From positions 1-46,850 of IMG/VR virus record IMGVR_UViG_3300031643_000002: a DNA stretch of 46,850 bases; one strand, 5' to 3'. The notes below the pieces were generated by a model. It was given only the letters and a program-made list of their open reading frames with translations. It did not search any database and was not told the origin of the DNA. This DNA is from a virus. Its lineage: Duplodnaviria > Caudoviricetes. This document shows, one piece after another, positions 43,569-46,850 of this stretch (positions within the stretch are counted from its first letter, which is position 1; the number at the start of each line of letters is the position of its first letter). The position numbers and the translations under genes were made by a program.

Positions 43569-45046
43569 TATGAATATCCGTATTCCGCCTTTAACTCACG
43601 CCACTTTTCCTTAGTCATTCGATTAGGATTGATATAATTACCGGATACAGCCATCGAAGCATATCTTAAGCCGTCTGCGGCGTGGTCAGAACCGTCCTTT
43701 GCCGGAACACCTGTAAAATAAGGCATATTGGCTTTCTCCATACGAATGTTCCGACGCTCATGGTAGTCACCAGCCAATTCGAGTCCTATAGAGCAATCGT
43801 TTTTATTAAACCAGCACGATTGTAAAAATTTCTTAGTCCTCTGAATGCCGTCTAATACATTTAGCTCGCGCGGTAGTGGCGTGAAAACAAAACCCAAGTC
43901 GTCGGCAGTTTCCAATATCGTACTACCGGTCACGGCGCGTTGAGAATTGTTATCTATATCGAAAGGAGCGAAATGACTACCATATCTATAGTGAATATCA
44001 TGCTTGTACCTTTCTAATAAGTCAATGTATTCTTCAATACCCGGCCCGGAATCCTGATAATATCTAATAAAATTGACCTTTTGGCCTATTATTTGGAAAA
44101 ACCATATAGCCGTAGTGTAACCGTTGTCGAAAACCGTATGAACCGGATAAGAAGGATGAAACTGTACGTCGAAACGACCTTTTTTTTCCAAATTCCTCAA
44201 TATAGGCCCGTAATAAGAGCCAGAAACACCATAACCGGCAAATTCACCTAAAATACGTATCTTATACTCGCGGTGATCCATACCGTATTTATCGCGGTAC
44301 ATCTCCTCAAGCTCACGACCGGCAACGCCGGGAATATGATTGGGATCCCCGACCTTATAACCATGAATGAAGTTAGGTGTGTCCTTTACAGAAATGTTAA
44401 TTACATGATATTTAGGGTCTTTAACAACTTCGGCAAACTCTCCTATCATCGACGTAGGATTGCCTATAGCTAAAAATCTGACGTTTTCGTCAGTAAAAAG
44501 ACTCTGAGCTGCGTCCCATATCTCCTTGGGAATACCAGCGGCTTCGTCAAATACTATAAAAACATTCTTATTGTGATAGCCCTGAAAAGCAGTGGCCTCC
44601 CTCGTTACAGTATCAGGCTTAGTGGCAAATCCCAACGCAAACCACTTCTGTCCAGTCTCATCCTGAAAATCCCAACCCTGCGTCAATAACCGGCCACCTA
44701 AATCTAACCTGGAATTGGTTACACTATCGCGTATCTCACGCCATAAAATATTCCTGACTTGATTGTCGTTAGGAGCAGTAGTAATAACAGTACAAGGAGG
44801 AAAAGACATCATAAACCAAACAACAAGACGACCCGCTGTATAAGACTTGGATACACTGTGACCAGCAGGAACTACCGTAAAACGATTGTCACGAACACTC
44901 TCGGCAATATCACGCATCTTAGGCCATATATGACGACGATCCACTCCTAATACGTCTACGAAAAATTCGCAAGGATCATTACGCCATACCTCTATATTGC
45001 CCTGTAAAGCAACCTGAGAAGGAGATAATTTGTCTCGTAATAACAT
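43568..45046 (-). CDS. terL: Terminase large subunit
   Basis: Walker A-like AGHSVSKS, Walker B VFDEA, IGNP coupling motif, C-terminal DHAADGLRY. Confidence 0.9.
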   Translation of the reverse strand: MLLRDKLSPSQVALQGNIEVWRNDPCEFFVDVLGVDRRHIWPKMRDIAESVRDNRFTVVPAGHSVSKSYTAGRLVVWFMMSFPPCTVITTAPNDNQVRNILWREIRDSVTNSRLDLGGRLLTQGWDFQDETGQKWFALGFATKPDTVTREATAFQGYHNKNVFIVFDEAAGIPKEIWDAAQSLFTDENVRFLAIGNPTSMIGEFAEVVKDPKYHVINISVKDTPNFIHGYKVGDPNHIPGVAGRELEEMYRDKYGMDHREYKIRILGEFAGYGVSGSYYGPILRNLEKKGRFDVQFHPSYPVHTVFDNGYTTAIWFFQIIGQKVNFIRYYQDSGPGIEEYIDLLERYKHDIHYRYGSHFAPFDIDNNSQRAVTGSTILETADDLGFVFTPLPRELNVLDGIQRTKKFLQSCWFNKNDCSIGLELAGDYHERRNIRMEKANMPYFTGVPAKDGSDHAADGLRYASMAVSGNYINPNRMTKEKWRELKAEYGYS

Positions 45047-45175
45047 GCTTACCTATATTAACAGTAAAAAAAACGATATATTTATATATCAACGTAAATT
45101 TCGATAAAATATCAATTATTAGGCTAAAAACAGCTTAACTATTTTAACAAAATAAAAAAATTGCTCGTCAAGAGG

Positions 45176-45763
45176 TCATGGGGCCCCCTTGGTACTTACA
45201 ACCGTTTCGGATTTACCTTCGCCCCCACCCCCTTTAGCAGAACCGCTCAGACCCGTTTTTGGCGTCTCATGGCCGCTTTCAAAGACAGCAGGCAAGTCCT
45301 GGCTTTCTATACGCTTTAGACGTGCTTTATCCGAGTTTTCTGCCCTTGCCTTTATAAGATTTGCTAATGCTTTACCAAGCGATTCGGGGCGCCTCTGCTT
45401 GTTGTCCTCATCGTAATAGCCGAGCATACGAGCTACATTCTCAAGAGCCTTATTGGCCGCAGTGAGGTTGAACCGGCTCGATATGATCCTGCCTTTGGTA
45501 TTGCGGACAGGAATAGGCTTAACACCTAAGTCGTGGATAGCTATGAATTTGGCGATTATGTCATCCCTTGTTATCTCCGTCTTCATTCTCATTTTCTGCT
45601 CTATTTCAGCAGTTCTTTTTATGAGCTCATCCTTCACTCCCCCCTTCTCCCCCGTAATTAAGTGTTTGCAGTAGCTTTGAGATAGCCCTGATATTTTTGC
45701 ACATTCTTTGGCAGTTTTTCCCTGTAGTCTTGCTTCTACTACTATTCTTTGTTTATGCGTCAT
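45176..45763 (-). CDS. terS: Terminase small subunit
   Basis: MTHKQR HTH; AANKALENVARMLG; upstream of TerL. Confidence 0.75.
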   Translation of the reverse strand: MTHKQRIVVEARLQGKTAKECAKISGLSQSYCKHLITGEKGGVKDELIKRTAEIEQKMRMKTEITRDDIIAKFIAIHDLGVKPIPVRNTKGRIISSRFNLTAANKALENVARMLGYYDEDNKQRRPESLGKALANLIKARAENSDKARLKRIESQDLPAVFESGHETPKTGLSGSAKGGGGEGKSETVVSTKGAP

Positions 45764-45847
45764 TTTTTATTCTCTTAGGTATAAGTATTTTCGACATGAT
45801 AATGCTGGCCTAACTCCAGTATCTTCATTCGCCCAAATCGATAGTTT

Positions 45848-46213
45848 TCATGTCTTTTCCTTATTCAAAACTTTTTCAAGTCTTCTAACTATAGCTTCCC
45901 ATTCTTCATTAAGATCAGTTGTTGCTATATATCGACAATCACCCAGCCAAAACAGTCTGTTTGTCAACAAATGTATTGCCTCATGCTTGCCGTGAGCCTC
46001 CGGGCCTGGATCGTTCTGTAAATCAATTTTATCTAAGTCGGTAGATAAGCTGACTTTTGCAATCTTATCAATCTCTTCAACTATTATTTCGGCGTAATTT
46101 TCTTTTAGAGGAATGTGGAAAAAAACAATCCGGTACTGCATCAGGCCCAGTTCCGTCTGCCAGTAAAGAAACTCTTTCTTAAACCTCTCGAAGTATTCTT
46201 TAGATGTTTTCAT
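45848..46213 (-). CDS. HExxH metallopeptidase-like protein
   Basis: WQTELGL...HEAIHL. Confidence 0.6.
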   Translation of the reverse strand: MKTSKEYFERFKKEFLYWQTELGLMQYRIVFFHIPLKENYAEIIVEEIDKIAKVSLSTDLDKIDLQNDPGPEAHGKHEAIHLLTNRLFWLGDCRYIATTDLNEEWEAIVRRLEKVLNKEKT

Positions 46214-46363
46214 TTGTCCCTGCTTCTATTACGCCGGCTTGTTTTTCGCTTTGGTTTACATACGCCGCGTTTTAAGCCGCCCATTCTCTTGCTCGGCCTT
46301 GGCGAACTTTGTTGGGGGTGAGGCCAATTCTTAAATCCCGGTAAGTACCTTAAAACTCATACC

Positions 46364-46591
46364 TCACGCCTGTTTTTTACGCCTTAATATATATTTCTTG
46401 AGAATCTTTTGCCAATCCTTCGCACCAATAAACTTCAAAACCATCCTATTTAATTCAATATCACATTCCGAACAAATTCCTGCCCATTTATTACCCAATG
46501 AGCATATCTGCCATTGTTGAGAACTCGGCTTTCCACAACGTAAGCATTTGACTCTCTTTATGCCTGTTTCTGTGTAAGGCTTATTTCGCAT
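46364..46591 (-). CDS. Zn-finger hypothetical protein
   Basis: CLRC...WQIC...CSEC. Confidence 0.7.
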   Translation of the reverse strand: MRNKPYTETGIKRVKCLRCGKPSSQQWQICSLGNKWAGICSECDIELNRMVLKFIGAKDWQKILKKYILRRKKQA

Positions 46592-46602
46592 TTAGAATCC
46601 GG

Positions 46603-46850
46603 CTAAAACCGGTGTTGTAAGCCGAAAACGGCTTTCAATTCGTCCGATGCGGCGATATCACCGTCGTATTCCACGTATTGAGTCTCGAAAAATACCGAAT
46701 CCAAAATCTTAATACCAGCTACTGGACCGATGTAACGACCGTCACGTAAAAAGTCAAGACTTATCATACCGCCTAAATACGGAACAACCTCGATCTCTGC
46801 CGGTAACCACTGGGCCGGAAATGGATTCGATATCATAATCGGGGCGAATG
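46603..46850 (-). CDS. Outer-membrane beta-barrel protein, 3' part
   Basis: ORF track 46603..46836; joins 365..1 in frame (486 nt total). Confidence 0.8.
   Translation of the reverse strand, partial: FAPIMISNPFPAQWLPAEIEVVPYLGGMISLDFLRDGRYIGPVAGIKILDSVFFETQYVEYDGDIAASDELKAVFGLQHRF
46724..46850. repeat. Terminal direct repeat (copy 2)
   Basis: Identical to 1-127. Confidence 0.97.

Noticed and set aside
44840-44870. Inactive terminase due to GHSVSKS Walker A
   Set aside because: Lys-Ser, Walker B and nuclease motifs are intact; likely a family variant
19752-45995. Many plus-strand ORFs overlapping structural genes
   Set aside because: Antisense shadows with no RBS or motifs
720-46850. TGA stop-codon reassignment
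   Set aside because: Long genes are intact in code 11 and many end in ATGA/TGATG overlaps; only two isolated readthrough-like cases

Overview
The window is a complete circular dsDNA tailed-phage genome of about 46,723 bp; the first and last 127 bp are identical, and a gene reads cleanly across the join. Almost all genes lie on the minus strand. The morphogenesis block has terminase small/large, a P22-like portal, scaffold, N4-gp56-type major capsid, adaptor, nozzle, fibres and three ejection-type proteins, which is podovirus-like. A holin/spanin cassette is present but no endolysin is recognisable. The early/accessory region is mosaic, with NinG, three MmcB-like nucleases, an exonuclease, SSB-like and HNH genes, and several deleted gene relics including a tyrosine-recombinase fragment. 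The host is a diderm (spanins, lipoproteins, beta-barrel OMP), tentatively Planctomycetota/Phycisphaerae, by inference only. Most striking observations: (1) eight tail/appendage proteins, including the nozzle, carry N-terminal Sec-type signal peptides while head, adaptor and ejection proteins do not, suggesting extracytoplasmic tail assembly; (2) an ncRNA island at 13.9-14.6 kb holds an atypical initiator-like tRNA-Met, two tRNA-like RNAs, anti-SD loops and CsrA-type GGA loops; (3) there are two families of paired attenuator-like RNA elements; (4) gene-cassette arrays are bounded by repeats. All family calls are from motif recognition, not database searches.
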